From Deinococcaceae bacterium (GTDB lineage: Bacteria > Deinococcota > Deinococci > Deinococcales > Trueperaceae): a DNA stretch of 57,107 bases. The notes beneath the pieces are model-generated. The model ran no database searches. It was not told the DNA's origin and was given only the letters and a program-made list of their open reading frames with translations. Position 1 is the stretch's first letter, and each line of letters begins with the position of its first letter. The translations under genes and the position numbers were made by a program. Positions 36,692 through 48,739 of the stretch are shown one piece after another. Location: positions 1 through 57,107 of the forward strand of contig JBDZWC010000002.1 of NCBI GenBank assembly GCA_040256005.1, in the 5' to 3' direction.

Positions 36692-37882
36692 TCACGATGT
36701 GGCAGCGAGCGCCGCCTTCGTCCGCCTCACGACCTCGTCGACCTGCGCAGCCGTGATCACCAGCGGCGGCAGGAAGCGCACGGTGTGGCTGCCGCCCGAC
36801 GTCGTCACCACGCCCTCACGCATGAGGGCAGCGATGAGAGGACCCACGGGCACGCTCAGCTCCATCCCGATGAGGAGCCCGCGCCCGCGGACCTCGACGA
36901 CCCTCGGGTCGGCCAGCGCCCTCAGGCCGTTGGCGAACCTCTCGCCGATGACGAGCGCCTGTTCCATGAGACCGCGCTCGCGCAGCTCCTTGAGTACGGC
37001 CAGGCCGGCGGCGGAGGCCAGCGGGTTACCGCCGAACGTCGACCCGTGTCCGCCGGCAGGCATCGCCCTGGCGACCTCCTCCGTCATGAGCGTCGCACCG
37101 ATGGGCACGCCGCCCGCCAAGCCCTTGGCGAGGGTCACGATGTCCGGCTTCACGCCCGCTGGCTCGTGAGCCAGGAAGGTGCCGGTGCGGCCGACGCCCG
37201 TCTGGATCTCGTCGAGCACCAGCAGCGCCCCATGGTCAGCGGTGAGGTCACGCGCCAGGCGCAGGTACCCGTCCGGAGCCGGCCGGATGCCGCTCTCGCC
37301 CTGGATCGGCTCGAGTAGCACGGCGGCCGTGGTGTGGTCCACGGCGGCGCGCAGCTCGGTCTCGTCGCCGTAGGTCACGAACGTGACGGGGGAGTCGCCG
37401 GTCTCGAACGGTTCCCTGTACTTGGGCTCCCATGTCAGGGGCAAGACGCCCATCGTGCGGCCCGAGAAGCCTCGCTTGGCGGCGACGAAGCGGTGCCTGC
37501 CCGTGGCCATGCGCGCCCACTTGAGCGCCGCCTCGTTCGCCTCCGAGCCGGAGTTGGTCAGGAACGCCCTCGTGAGGGGTGGCCGCACGAAGGTGAACAG
37601 CTCGGCCAGGAACTCGGACCGCACGTCGTTGCCCAGGTTCTGGGGGCAGACGATGAGGCGCCTGGCTTGCGCCGCGACCGCCTCGGCGAGGCGGGGGTTG
37701 CCGTGGCCGACGCTGGCCACGGCGATGCCCGCGAGGCAGTCGATGTACTCGCGTCCGTCGGCGTCGTAGATGAGGGCGCCGTCCCCGCGCACGAAAGCGA
37801 CCTCGGGCTGCCACAGGAAGGTGGCGTGCTCGGCCGACCGCGCCAGCACCGCGGCGTTCCCGTCCATCACGTCGTTAGACAT
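36692..37882 (-). CDS. lysJ: [LysW]-aminoadipate semialdehyde transaminase / acetylornithine aminotransferase (class III PLP)
   Basis: NSGSEANEAA, FVAAKRGFSGRTMG..LTWEPKYREPF (Thermus LysJ-like, FSGRT rather than FHGRT), DEIQTG.GRTG, TLAKGLAGG, GGHGSTFGGNP. Confidence 0.82.
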   Translation of the reverse strand: MSNDVMDGNAAVLARSAEHATFLWQPEVAFVRGDGALIYDADGREYIDCLAGIAVASVGHGNPRLAEAVAAQARRLIVCPQNLGNDVRSEFLAELFTFVRPPLTRAFLTNSGSEANEAALKWARMATGRHRFVAAKRGFSGRTMGVLPLTWEPKYREPFETGDSPVTFVTYGDETELRAAVDHTTAAVLLEPIQGESGIRPAPDGYLRLARDLTADHGALLVLDEIQTGVGRTGTFLAHEPAGVKPDIVTLAKGLAGGVPIGATLMTEEVARAMPAGGHGSTFGGNPLASAAGLAVLKELRERGLMEQALVIGERFANGLRALADPRVVEVRGRGLLIGMELSVPVGPLIAALMREGVVTTSGGSHTVRFLPPLVITAAQVDEVVRRTKAALAATS

Positions 37883-37900
37883 ACCGGTCTACCTTTCCGT

Positions 37901-38611
37901 TCAGGAGCCGACGGCGACGAGGCACAACGGGTGCTCTCCCCTGCCGTCGAGCTTGAGGAGGTCCGAGAGCTCATCGTCGTAGAAATCCACGACCAGACGG
38001 CTGGCCAACCCCATGGCGCCCGCCGCCATCACGACGTTCTGCGCGGCGGCGCCGGCGTCGAGGTAAAGGTACCGGTACGCCCTGCCGCCGTCGGTCGCGC
38101 GGTGCCTGTCCGGCATGCCGGTGAAGCATAGGAGCGCAGCCTGCGCCTCCAGCTCCAGGTCGACGAGCAAGGCGCCCGCCAGCGGCTGCAACGGGTCGCC
38201 GAGGCTGAGGTGGGCGAGGCTGTGCTCGCGCGCGGCGTAGTGGTAGACGCCTGCCAGCAGGTTCTTGACCTGTAGCGCCAGCACGTAGACCTCGATGGAC
38301 GAGACCGGATGGGAGCTGACAGGCACCCTCTGCTGCGCCGGCGTGAAGCCGGCCGCGGACCACAGCAGCTGGGACAGCTGGGAGTCCTTGATGCGCCCGC
38401 CCTCGGCCTCCCCGCCCGCCGACGAGAGGGCCGTCCACACACCCGTGCCGCCCTTGACGTGCGGCTGGGGAAGCCTGGCTATCTCCTTGGGGTTGGCGTA
38501 GACCTTGAAGGCCGGCGCCGCGCGCGAGCGCGCCGCGGGGAGCTGGCCGCGGCGGAACTTGGTCTGTGACTGGAACTCCGCGCCGATGGTGCGCGGTCTG
38601 CGGCTGCTCAC
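37901..38611 (-). CDS. SagB/ThcOx-type nitroreductase-fold protein, apparently degenerate
   Basis: LSQLLWSAAG, IEVYV, GVYHY, RAYRYLYLDAG..AQN, FYDDE; the RRSxR and PSAG motifs are missing. Confidence 0.8.
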   Translation of the reverse strand: MSSRRPRTIGAEFQSQTKFRRGQLPAARSRAAPAFKVYANPKEIARLPQPHVKGGTGVWTALSSAGGEAEGGRIKDSQLSQLLWSAAGFTPAQQRVPVSSHPVSSIEVYVLALQVKNLLAGVYHYAAREHSLAHLSLGDPLQPLAGALLVDLELEAQAALLCFTGMPDRHRATDGGRAYRYLYLDAGAAAQNVVMAAGAMGLASRLVVDFYDDELSDLLKLDGRGEHPLCLVAVGS

Positions 38612-38690
38612 GAGGTCGCTCCCCGGCGGAGTCTACCACCGCCGGAAAGGACCCTTCGGGCGCCCGCGCTATGCTGGGCGGGAGGCAGGC

Positions 38691-40648
<1,958 letters not shown>

Positions 40649-40690
40649 GCTGCCGGGCGGCGAAGACCGCGCTACGGGCCCTGGTCTCGG

Positions 40691-42274
40691 CTAGAGCCGC
40701 AGCTCGTGGTCCCCCTGCTCGCTGATGCCCTCGAGGCTCGTCAGCAACGGCTCCAGACCGAACTTGAGAACGTGGCTGTAGGGCGACAGCACGCGCTCGG
40801 CGGGCTGTCCCGAAGGGGTCAGGTGCGCGACCAGACGTTCGAACTGGCGCCTCGTGTCGGCGTCCTTCCGCGCGAGAGCGGCGGCGCTCTTGCCCCTGAG
40901 CCTCTCCACTGTCGCGTCGAGGTACCGCCGTCCGCGTTGCACCGTGCCGCGCAGGGTGGGGTCGATACCGTCGACGTGGGCGAGCAGTTCGACCATCGCC
41001 TTCTCCAGCGCGGCGGTCGCCTTAGCGAACTCCGCGGCGCTGCCGTGCCTCGTCAGGAGCGCCTTCTCAAGCACGGCTTCGGGGTCGGAGGTGAACTCGG
41101 CGGCCGTCGCCCCGAGCGCGTCAAGCAATCGGGCCGCGGCCGGCTCGAGCACCGTGACGGTCGCCCGCGGCCACGCCAGCGGCATAGGCACAGAGTGCAG
41201 CTCGTACACACCGCGTAGCTGGGCGACGTACGCCAGCTCCCCCGGCCCCAGTACCGCGGCCGCGGTCGGCAGCAGCACGTCCTGTACCACCGGTCTCAGC
41301 CCCGCCGCCGGGGTCACCGCGGTGGGGTCGTCGTCCAGCCTGGCGAGCACGTCGGCAGCGGTGAGCCTCACGCCGTCGGCGACGAACCCTCCACGGACCG
41401 CTCGCAGCAGCGTCCGCCGGGGCAGGCCGTCCTCGCCGGGCAGCTCGATGAACAGGTTGGTGGCGCCGTCGCCGCGACCGAGCTGCGGTAGGTGCCCCAG
41501 CCGCCGCAGCGCCTGGCCGGCGGCGTTCACGCGCTCCGGCCCCGCCAGTGGCTCGTGCACCTCGCGTCGCAGGACGTCGCTGAACAACACGGCGACGGCG
41601 GGTTCCATGGGGTCGACGACGACCAGACCGTAGCGACCGAGGAAGCGGTACAGCTGAGCGGAGAACCAGTCCGCGAACGAACGGGAAGCGGAGGCCGTCT
41701 CGTCGAGCAGGGCCAGCACGTCGGTGAGGCGCGCCGGCGACGGTTCATGACGACCCAGCGAGGCGGCCACGGCGGCCAGCATGACCGCCTGCATGGGTAT
41801 GCGCCCCACCGGGACGTCGGCCGGGAGCGTGACGCGCGCCTCGTGCAGGGTCTCGGAGGCGTCGAGGAGGAAGGCGTGGTCCACCTCGGCCACGTCGTGG
41901 TCCTGGCTGGCTACCCAGAACACGGGCACGACCGGACGGTCCTCGCTGTCGAGGCGTTGCGCGAGACGCACGGCGGTCATGGCCTTGGAGAGCGTGTACA
42001 TGGGGCCCAGCAGCAGACCGGCCTGCTGACCGGTCACGACGGCCATGGAGCCGGGCTGCGCGAGCCGTTCCAGGCCGGCCAGCGCCTCCTGCGGAGCGCC
42101 CAGCCGTGTGGCGTGCGGCCGGATCGCCGCGGCCAGCGCCCGGCGGTCCACGTCGCGCTGCAGCTTGAGGGCGGCCGCCGTGTCGCCAGGCGCCAACTGG
42201 AAGAACTCGCTCAGCCCCCCGGCGGCGTAATCGGTGCGGAGGTCCTTGCTGGGGAGAGGGACGCCACTGGGCAC
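40691..42274 (-). CDS. bshC: Bacillithiol biosynthesis cysteine-adding enzyme BshC
   Basis: VVTGQQAGLLLGP.YT..KA, VPVFWVASQDHD..E, P.AGLRPVVQD..LPT, GPGELAY.AQL, ERV; start estimated at GTG 42274 (TAAGCT 5 nt upstream). Confidence 0.9.
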   Translation of the reverse strand: MPSGVPLPSKDLRTDYAAGGLSEFFQLAPGDTAAALKLQRDVDRRALAAAIRPHATRLGAPQEALAGLERLAQPGSMAVVTGQQAGLLLGPMYTLSKAMTAVRLAQRLDSEDRPVVPVFWVASQDHDVAEVDHAFLLDASETLHEARVTLPADVPVGRIPMQAVMLAAVAASLGRHEPSPARLTDVLALLDETASASRSFADWFSAQLYRFLGRYGLVVVDPMEPAVAVLFSDVLRREVHEPLAGPERVNAAGQALRRLGHLPQLGRGDGATNLFIELPGEDGLPRRTLLRAVRGGFVADGVRLTAADVLARLDDDPTAVTPAAGLRPVVQDVLLPTAAAVLGPGELAYVAQLRGVYELHSVPMPLAWPRATVTVLEPAAARLLDALGATAAEFTSDPEAVLEKALLTRHGSAAEFAKATAALEKAMVELLAHVDGIDPTLRGTVQRGRRYLDATVERLRGKSAAALARKDADTRRQFERLVAHLTPSGQPAERVLSPYSHVLKFGLEPLLTSLEGISEQGDHELRL

Positions 42275-42440
42275 GGCGTAGCTTACCGAGGTCCGGAGCA
42301 CCACCTCTGTCGCACGTCGGTCACGTCCGGGGCCGCTGCACGGGTGGTACAGTCCGCGTGCCTGGTGTGAGAGCACCGGCCGGCTCCCTGACGGGGGGAG
42401 GCCGCGGTCGCCACATTGGCCGGCCGAGCCCGAGGGAACG

Positions 42441-43175
42441 ATGCGAATCCACACCGATCTGGCGCCCGCCGGACCCTACGAAGACGTCGTCGTGCTCATA
42501 GACGTGCTGCGCACGGGCACGCTGGCGCCCATGCTCCTGGACAGGGGCCTAGCCGGGTTGGCACTCACCGGGTCCGTCCGCCGGGCCAGGCAGGAGGCCG
42601 AGGCGGACTCGGGGGTCCTGCTCATGGGTGAACGCGGCGGCTTCCCGCCCGAGAGGTTCAACCACGGGACCTCGCCGGCCGAGCTCCGCTCGCTCGAGGT
42701 CGCGGGGCGCTCGGCCGTGATCCTCACCGAGAACGCGCCCAAGGCGCTCGCCTCGCTGGGTGGGGCTCGTGCGGTGGTGCTCGGCTCACTGTTCAACGCC
42801 AGGGCCGCCGCCGAACTGGCCGTCGCGCTGTCCAACAGTCGCATCGACCTGGTCTGCTCGGGCTTCGGCGGCGAGCCGGACCTAGACGACGGGCTCGCAG
42901 CCGGGCTCATCGCCGGCCTCGCCCGCTCCCGCGCCGGAGGGGCCGAGGAGACCGGCGCCACCTCCTTCGCCGTGGCGATGCTGCGTTCGTACCCTGACCC
43001 GATAGAGGCCCTGTGGCATTCGCGCGTCGGCAACTTCCTGCGCTCGCTGGGCAGCGACCAGGACCTGGGCCTGGCCGGCGCGGCCTCCATCTCGGACACC
43101 GCGCCCGTGCTGTCCGAGGTCGACATGTCGGGCGTGGCGCCCCTCTACCGGTTCGTGAGACCGGAACACGCCTGA
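42441..43175 (+). CDS. 2-phosphosulfolactate phosphatase (ComB) family protein
   Basis: VVLIDVLR, LMGERGG, F..GTSP.E, GSLFNA.A, DD..AAG. Confidence 0.8.
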   Translation: MRIHTDLAPAGPYEDVVVLIDVLRTGTLAPMLLDRGLAGLALTGSVRRARQEAEADSGVLLMGERGGFPPERFNHGTSPAELRSLEVAGRSAVILTENAPKALASLGGARAVVLGSLFNARAAAELAVALSNSRIDLVCSGFGGEPDLDDGLAAGLIAGLARSRAGGAEETGATSFAVAMLRSYPDPIEALWHSRVGNFLRSLGSDQDLGLAGAASISDTAPVLSEVDMSGVAPLYRFVRPEHA

Positions 43176-43177
43176 GG

Positions 43178-43909
43178 GTGCGCACCTACGTCCTGGGGTT
43201 GCCCGTAGACGCGGTGAGCCTCGAGGAGGCGACCGCCTGGGTCCTCGCTGCGGTCAGGCGTGGCAAGAGGCCCGAGGAACCGGGCCTGCTCGTCGTGACA
43301 CTGAACCCCGAGATCGCCGTGATGTCCCGCGCGGATCACGAACTAGGCAGCGCGATCAGGCACGCCGACCTGTGCGTGGCGGACGGCGTCGGGATCACCT
43401 GGGCAGCTCGTCGGCACGGCACGCTGCTCAGGGGCAGGGTGCCAGGCATCGACCTGGTGACCCGCGTGCTGCGGGAGGGCGGCTCCGAGCTTAGCGTCTA
43501 CCTCCTCGGCGGCCGGCCGGGCGTCGCGAAGACCGCGGCGCGCGCGATCCAGAAGCGCTATGGGACGCGGGTCCTGGGGGCCCACCACGGCTACTTCCGC
43601 CGCCCCGGCGAGGTCGCAGCGGTGTGTGCCGACGTGCGCGCGAGCGGGGCGTCGCTTCTGCTGGCGGGCCTGGGTGAGGGTCAGGAGAAGTTCCTGCACC
43701 AACACGACAGCGACCTAGGGGCCACGGTCATGATCGGTGTCGGCGGCACCATCGACGTGCTGGCGGGCGCCGTGCGGCGGATGCCTGCCTGGACGACGCG
43801 CCTGGGCGTGGAATGGCTGTTCCGCGTCCTGCTCGACCCGCGGAGATGGCGCCGGATCCCACGCCTGTGGCGCTTCGTATGGCTGGTCCTGAACAGGCGC
43901 AGCGTCTAG
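43178..43909 (+). CDS. WecB/TagA/CpsF family glycosyltransferase
   Basis: VTLNPE, ADGVGI, RVPGIDL, YLLGG, HHGYF, GVGG.ID, GVEWLFR; start GTG 43178. Confidence 0.9.
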   Translation: MRTYVLGLPVDAVSLEEATAWVLAAVRRGKRPEEPGLLVVTLNPEIAVMSRADHELGSAIRHADLCVADGVGITWAARRHGTLLRGRVPGIDLVTRVLREGGSELSVYLLGGRPGVAKTAARAIQKRYGTRVLGAHHGYFRRPGEVAAVCADVRASGASLLLAGLGEGQEKFLHQHDSDLGATVMIGVGGTIDVLAGAVRRMPAWTTRLGVEWLFRVLLDPRRWRRIPRLWRFVWLVLNRRSV

Positions 43910-43940
43910 CGCGCTTGCAGACGAGCGCTTCCCGGCCCGC

Positions 43941-45395
43941 TCAGGCGAACGCGGTCGCCTCCTCGGCGGTGCGCGCCTCCCCCGCCTCGACCGGTTTGCC
44001 CGCCGGGTAGCGGCCGTTGAAGCAGGCCAGGCACACGGACGAGAGCCCGAGAGCGGCCTGCAGGCCCGCTTCGCTCAGGTACGCCAGCGAGTCGGCCCCG
44101 ATGCGCTGCCTGATCTCCTCCACGCTGAGGGTCGAGGCTGCCAGCTCTTGGCGCGCGGCCGTGTCTATGCCGTAGTAGCAGGGATGCGCTATGGGTGGGC
44201 TGGACACCCTGAAGTGGACCTCCGCCGCACCCGCCTCCCGCAGCAACCGCACGATGCGACCCGACGTGGTGCCACGGACTATCGAGTCGTCGACCAGCAC
44301 GACGCGCTTGCCCGCCACCGCCGATGTGGCCCCGAGCTTGAGGTTCACCTTGAGGTCGCGCAGATGCTGCGTGGGGTTGATGAACGTCCTGCCCGCGTAG
44401 GGCGACCGGTACAGGCCCAGGTCGTAAGGGACCCCGCTGGCGCGCGAGTAACCCACCGCGGCCGCCAAGCCCGACTCCGGAACGCCGATCACGACGTCGG
44501 CCTGGGCGGGCGCCTCGATAGCCAGCCGCTCGCCCATGCGGATCCTCGCGTCATGCACGGGCACGCCGTCGAGGACCGAGTCGCCGCGAGCGAAGTAGAT
44601 CCACTCGAACGCGCACGGTGTGGGGGCGGGTGACAACACCTGCTCCGAGTGCAGGCCCGCGTCGTCGACGACGATCATCTCCCCCGGCCTGACGTCCCGC
44701 TTGTACTCGGCGCCGACGACGCTGAGCGCGCCCGGCTCCGAGGCCAGGACCCAGCCGCCGGTCAGTCGGCCCAGCACGAGCGGCCTGACGCCGTGTCTGT
44801 CGCGCAGGCCGATGAGGCGGTGCTGGTCCATGAGCACGACTGAGAACCCGCCCTCGAGCTCTGTCATCGCCATGGCAGCGGCGCGCCTGAGATCGAGGTG
44901 CGAGTAGCGAGCGATGAGGTTGAGCATGACCTCGCTGTCGTTGGTCGTCTGGAAGACGGCGCCCGTGGCGAGCATCGCGTTGCGCAGCTCGCGCGCGTTC
45001 GTGAAGTTCCCGTTGTGCGCCAGGGCGAGCACGCCCTTGTTCGACCTGACGGTCAGCGGCTGCGCGTTGTAGAGGCGGCTGGAGCCGGTGGTGGAGTAGC
45101 GCGTGTGACCCACGGCGGTGCGCCCGCCCGGCACGTCGAGCTTCGCCAGTCGCTCCTCCGTGAACACCTGGGTGACGAGGCCCATGCCCTTCTCGATGCG
45201 GACCTCGTCGCGCGAGGCGACGCAGATGCCGCACGACTCCTGACCCCGGTGCTGCAGGGCGAACAGGCCGAGTTGACACAGGGTGGCCAGGTCGCCAGCG
45301 CCGGACCCTGGAGCCACGTGCACCCCGAAGACACCGCACTCCTCCGCCGGCTTGTCGCGGTCGTCTGGCGTCAGTGGGTGGATCGGGGCGGCCAC
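43941..45395 (-). CDS. purF: Amidophosphoribosyltransferase (propeptide, Fe-S type)
   Basis: EECGVFG, LQHRGQE, GHTRYST, AHNGN, CAFEWIYFAR, LVDDSIVRGTT, PCYYGID, CLACF. Confidence 0.96.
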   Translation of the reverse strand: MAAPIHPLTPDDRDKPAEECGVFGVHVAPGSGAGDLATLCQLGLFALQHRGQESCGICVASRDEVRIEKGMGLVTQVFTEERLAKLDVPGGRTAVGHTRYSTTGSSRLYNAQPLTVRSNKGVLALAHNGNFTNARELRNAMLATGAVFQTTNDSEVMLNLIARYSHLDLRRAAAMAMTELEGGFSVVLMDQHRLIGLRDRHGVRPLVLGRLTGGWVLASEPGALSVVGAEYKRDVRPGEMIVVDDAGLHSEQVLSPAPTPCAFEWIYFARGDSVLDGVPVHDARIRMGERLAIEAPAQADVVIGVPESGLAAAVGYSRASGVPYDLGLYRSPYAGRTFINPTQHLRDLKVNLKLGATSAVAGKRVVLVDDSIVRGTTSGRIVRLLREAGAAEVHFRVSSPPIAHPCYYGIDTAARQELAASTLSVEEIRQRIGADSLAYLSEAGLQAALGLSSVCLACFNGRYPAGKPVEAGEARTAEEATAFA

Positions 45396-45398
45396 AGT

Positions 45399-47660
45399 TC
45401 AGCCTAGCGCGCCCTCGAAGGTCGCGCGCCAAGCTGTGAGGAGCTCGTCCACGGCCAGGTCGATGGCGCTGTCTTCGCGGCCCTCCACCACCAGCCGGAA
45501 CCTGTCGCCGGTCGCCTCGCCCAGCCGCACCGCCGCCACGCTCTCCGCTTCGCAGGCGACGAGTACGGCGGCGACGTCGTCTGGCTTCACCGCGACGACG
45601 ATCCTGGCGGACGACTCCCCGAACAGCGCGGCGTCCCTACCCGCCCCGGGCACCGAGAGCGCGGGCACGGTGGCCACCAGGCCCACGCCTCCGGTCATGG
45701 TCATCTCGGCCAGGCACACGGCGAGCCCACCAGTGGAGACGTCGTGCGCGGTGTCGCAGGCGCCGCTCATGATGAGTCGCCTGACGACGCGCTGCACCGC
45801 CGCCTCGGCCGCCAGGTCGAGCGCCGGCGGGCAGCCGGCCTCCATGCCGTGGAGGCGGAACAGGAACTCGGAGGCGCCCGAGCCGGGCACGCCGTCGCCC
45901 AGCAGGAGCAGCACGTCGCCATGGCGCTTGAGCCCCTGGGTAGCCCGGCGCGAGACGTCGCGCAGCACGCCGACCATGCCGATCGTCGGCGTCGGGTGCA
46001 CAGCCCGCGTGACGTCGCCGTCGACGTACTGGTTGTAGAGGCTCACGTTCCCGCCGGTGACGGGCGTACCCAGCGCGAGGCAGGCCTCTTCGATGCCGTG
46101 GATGGCCTCGGACAGCTGGTGGTACACGCCCGGGTCGGTGGGGTTGCCGAAGTTGAGGTTGTCCGTGACGCCCAGCGGTTCGGCCCCGACGCAACTGAGG
46201 TTGCGGGCGGCCTCCGCGACCGCGTGGGCAGCGCCCAGACGGGGGCTCAGGTAAACGTAGCGCGAGTTGCAGTCGACGGTGGCAGCGACGCCGAGGCTCG
46301 TGCCCTTGACTCGCAGCACGGCGGCATCGGCGCTGCCGGGCAGTACCACGGTGTTCGTCATGACCTGGTGGTCGTACCGCCGGTAGACCGGTTCCTTGCT
46401 GGCGATCGTGGGGGACGAGAGGAGGGTCAGCAACGCACCGGCCGGGTCGTCCACCTCCGGCATGCCGCTCAGGTCGCGGCGGCGAGCGGCCAGGACGGCG
46501 TCGTCCTCACGCCCCTCCCTCACGTACTCGGGCGGCCGGTTCAGAGCCTCGACCGGCATGGCGGCGACGACCTCGCCGCCTTCCAACAGGCGCAACTCGC
46601 CGTGGTCCCGCACCACGCCGACCCAGGCCGCCTCGAGGCCGAAACGGTCGAACAGGCTCAGCAGCTCCACTTCGCGACCCGGCTTGGCGGTGAGCATCAT
46701 GCGTTCCTGCGATTCGGACAACATGACCTCGAGGGCAGTCATGCCCTCCTCGCGCCTGGGGACCGCGTCGAGGTCGAGGTCCACGCCCTTGCCGGCACGG
46801 TGAGCCATCTCGGCGACGCTGGAGGCCAGGCCGGCGGCGCCCATGTCCTGCACACCGGCCACGAAGTCGCGGGCGAACGCCTCGAGGCAGGCCTCGAGTA
46901 GCAGCTTCTCCATGAACGGGTCGCCTACCTGCACCGCCGGCCTGTCGGCCTCCGACGCGACGGAGAGGTCGGCCGAGGCGAACACTGCGCCGCCCAGACC
47001 GTCGCGCCCGGTGCGCGACCCGACGTAGAGCAGACGGTTACCGACCGCCCCGACGGTGCCGCGCTGGAGGTCCTCATGTCGCAGCAGCCCCAGCGCCATC
47101 ACGTTGACGAGCGGGTTCTCCTCGAAGCAGGCGTTGACCTCGACCTCGCCTCCCACGGTCGGCACGCCCACGGCGTTGCCGTAGGACGAGATGCCCGCCA
47201 CCACGCCGGCGAGAAGGTGGCGACTGCGCGGTGAGTTCAGTTCGCCGAAGCGCAGGGAGTCGAGCACCGCGAACGGTCGAGCCCCCATGGCGAAGATGTC
47301 CCTCAGGATCCCGCCCACGCCGGTGCCCGCCCCCTGCACCGGTTCGACGGCGCTGGGGTGGTTATGGCTCTCCATCTTGAACGCCACGGCCAGCCCTTCG
47401 CCGATGTCGACGACGCCCGCGTTCTCACCAGGACCCTGCAGGACAGCGGCACCCTGGGTGGGCAACAGCCGGAGCAGTGGCCGCGAGTTCTTGTAGCCGC
47501 AGTGCTCGCTCCACAGGGCGCCGAAGACACCGGCTTCGACGGCGTTGGGTTCACGGCCCAACCTGGTAACGACCTCGTCGAACTCCGCCGTCGTGAGGCC
47601 GAACGCCTGCGCCTTGTCCCTGAGTCTGGGTGTCACGACGGGCGGCAGGGGCCTGGTCAC
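45399..47660 (-). CDS. purL: Phosphoribosylformylglycinamidine synthase subunit PurL (small type)
   Basis: WSEHCGYK, GPGENAG, KMESHNHPS, GGILRDI, VQVGDPF, QDMGAAG, SESQERM, GGNVSLYN. Confidence 0.96.
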   Translation of the reverse strand: MTRPLPPVVTPRLRDKAQAFGLTTAEFDEVVTRLGREPNAVEAGVFGALWSEHCGYKNSRPLLRLLPTQGAAVLQGPGENAGVVDIGEGLAVAFKMESHNHPSAVEPVQGAGTGVGGILRDIFAMGARPFAVLDSLRFGELNSPRSRHLLAGVVAGISSYGNAVGVPTVGGEVEVNACFEENPLVNVMALGLLRHEDLQRGTVGAVGNRLLYVGSRTGRDGLGGAVFASADLSVASEADRPAVQVGDPFMEKLLLEACLEAFARDFVAGVQDMGAAGLASSVAEMAHRAGKGVDLDLDAVPRREEGMTALEVMLSESQERMMLTAKPGREVELLSLFDRFGLEAAWVGVVRDHGELRLLEGGEVVAAMPVEALNRPPEYVREGREDDAVLAARRRDLSGMPEVDDPAGALLTLLSSPTIASKEPVYRRYDHQVMTNTVVLPGSADAAVLRVKGTSLGVAATVDCNSRYVYLSPRLGAAHAVAEAARNLSCVGAEPLGVTDNLNFGNPTDPGVYHQLSEAIHGIEEACLALGTPVTGGNVSLYNQYVDGDVTRAVHPTPTIGMVGVLRDVSRRATQGLKRHGDVLLLLGDGVPGSGASEFLFRLHGMEAGCPPALDLAAEAAVQRVVRRLIMSGACDTAHDVSTGGLAVCLAEMTMTGGVGLVATVPALSVPGAGRDAALFGESSARIVVAVKPDDVAAVLVACEAESVAAVRLGEATGDRFRLVVEGREDSAIDLAVDELLTAWRATFEGALG

Positions 47661-47670
47661 GCGGCCATGG

Positions 47671-48390
47671 TCACGCGGCAGCCGCCATGACCTGGTCGAG
47701 CAGTGAGCCGAGCACGAGCCTGCCGTCGCCGTAGCCGAGCAGCGGCTCGACGGCCCTCTCGGGGTGAGGCATCATCCCCATGACGTTGCCACGGGCGTTG
47801 ACGACGCCCGCGATAGACCGGCTGGCGCCGTTGACGTTCGCCTCGGGCACCGCGACCCCGGCCGCGTCGCAGTACCTGAAGGCCACCAGACCGTCACCCT
47901 CCAAGCGGTCGAGCGTCTCGTCGTCGGCGTAGTAGGCGCCCTCCCCGTGAGCCACCGGCAGCCTGAGGACCGAGCCCACGGGCGTCCTGGTGGTGAACGG
48001 TGGGGCCGAGCGCTCCACCCGCAGGTGCACGTCGCGGCACACGAAGCCCAGCGACCTGTTCCGAGCCAGTTGACCGGGGAGAAGCCCGGCCTCCGTCAGG
48101 ACCTGGAAGCCGTTGCAGATGCCCAGGACCGGGCCGCCGCGACGCGCGAAAGCGCCGACCGCCGCCATCACCGGGCTCTGAGCGGCGAGCGCCCCGCCCC
48201 GGAGGTAGTCACCGAAGCTGAAGCCGCCCGGCAGAACGACTGCCAGGTAACCGGACAGGTCTGTCTCGTCATGCCACACCATGCGCACGGGCGCGCCGAG
48301 CACGGCCTGAAGAGCATGCCGGGCGTCGTCGTCACAGTTGCTCCCAGGGAAGCTGATGACCGCGATGCCCTTGCTCGTCGTGGGTCTCAA
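47671..48390 (-). CDS. purQ: Phosphoribosylformylglycinamidine synthase glutaminase subunit PurQ
   Basis: [38 protein letters not shown]; start estimated at TTG 48390 behind GAGGTGAGAGG. Confidence 0.95.
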   Translation of the reverse strand: MRPTTSKGIAVISFPGSNCDDDARHALQAVLGAPVRMVWHDETDLSGYLAVVLPGGFSFGDYLRGGALAAQSPVMAAVGAFARRGGPVLGICNGFQVLTEAGLLPGQLARNRSLGFVCRDVHLRVERSAPPFTTRTPVGSVLRLPVAHGEGAYYADDETLDRLEGDGLVAFRYCDAAGVAVPEANVNGASRSIAGVVNARGNVMGMMPHPERAVEPLLGYGDGRLVLGSLLDQVMAAAA

Positions 48391-48566
48391 CCTCTCACCT
48401 CTGCCAAGGCTGGACTGTTGACCTTTCGTCTCAGAAAGAACCCGTGCCTCACGAAGGTGCCCGAAGGCGAGCGCGGTGCCCAAGCGACCGTGCGAAGTGG
48501 CGCTGACGCGTCTTGGCTACGCTTGGCACGCGTCCTGGCGGCAGGCTAACATGCTGAGTCGGGCCT

Positions 48567-48650
48567 GCCGAGATGGCGGAACGGTAGACGCAGTTGACTC
48601 AAAATCAACCGGGGAGACCCGTGCGGGTTCGAGTCCCGCTCTCGGCACCA
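48567..48650 (+). tRNA. tRNA-Leu(CAA)
   Basis: Acceptor stem GCCGAGA/TCTCGGC, anticodon arm GTTGA-CTCAAAA-TCAAC, long variable arm, T arm GCGGG-TTCGAGT-CCCGC, encoded CCA. Confidence 0.97.
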
Positions 48651-48739
48651 TGCGAGGCCGGCCATCGAGCCGCCATGCACCTTGATCACCGCGCGGCACA
48701 CGGTCGGCACTGGCCGGTGGGCCGCTCGAAGCTGGAGGA

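Noticed and set aside
37901..38611. Azole-containing RiPP (TOMM) cluster suggested by the SagB-like gene
   Set aside because: There is no YcaO, E1-like partner, precursor or transporter nearby, and the catalytic motifs are degenerate.
48391..48540. ZMP/ZTP riboswitch upstream of purQ
   Set aside because: A CGCTTGGGCA string resembles the 3' element, but I could not find the conserved 5' GACTGGCG portion. It is kept only as an unexplained inverted repeat.
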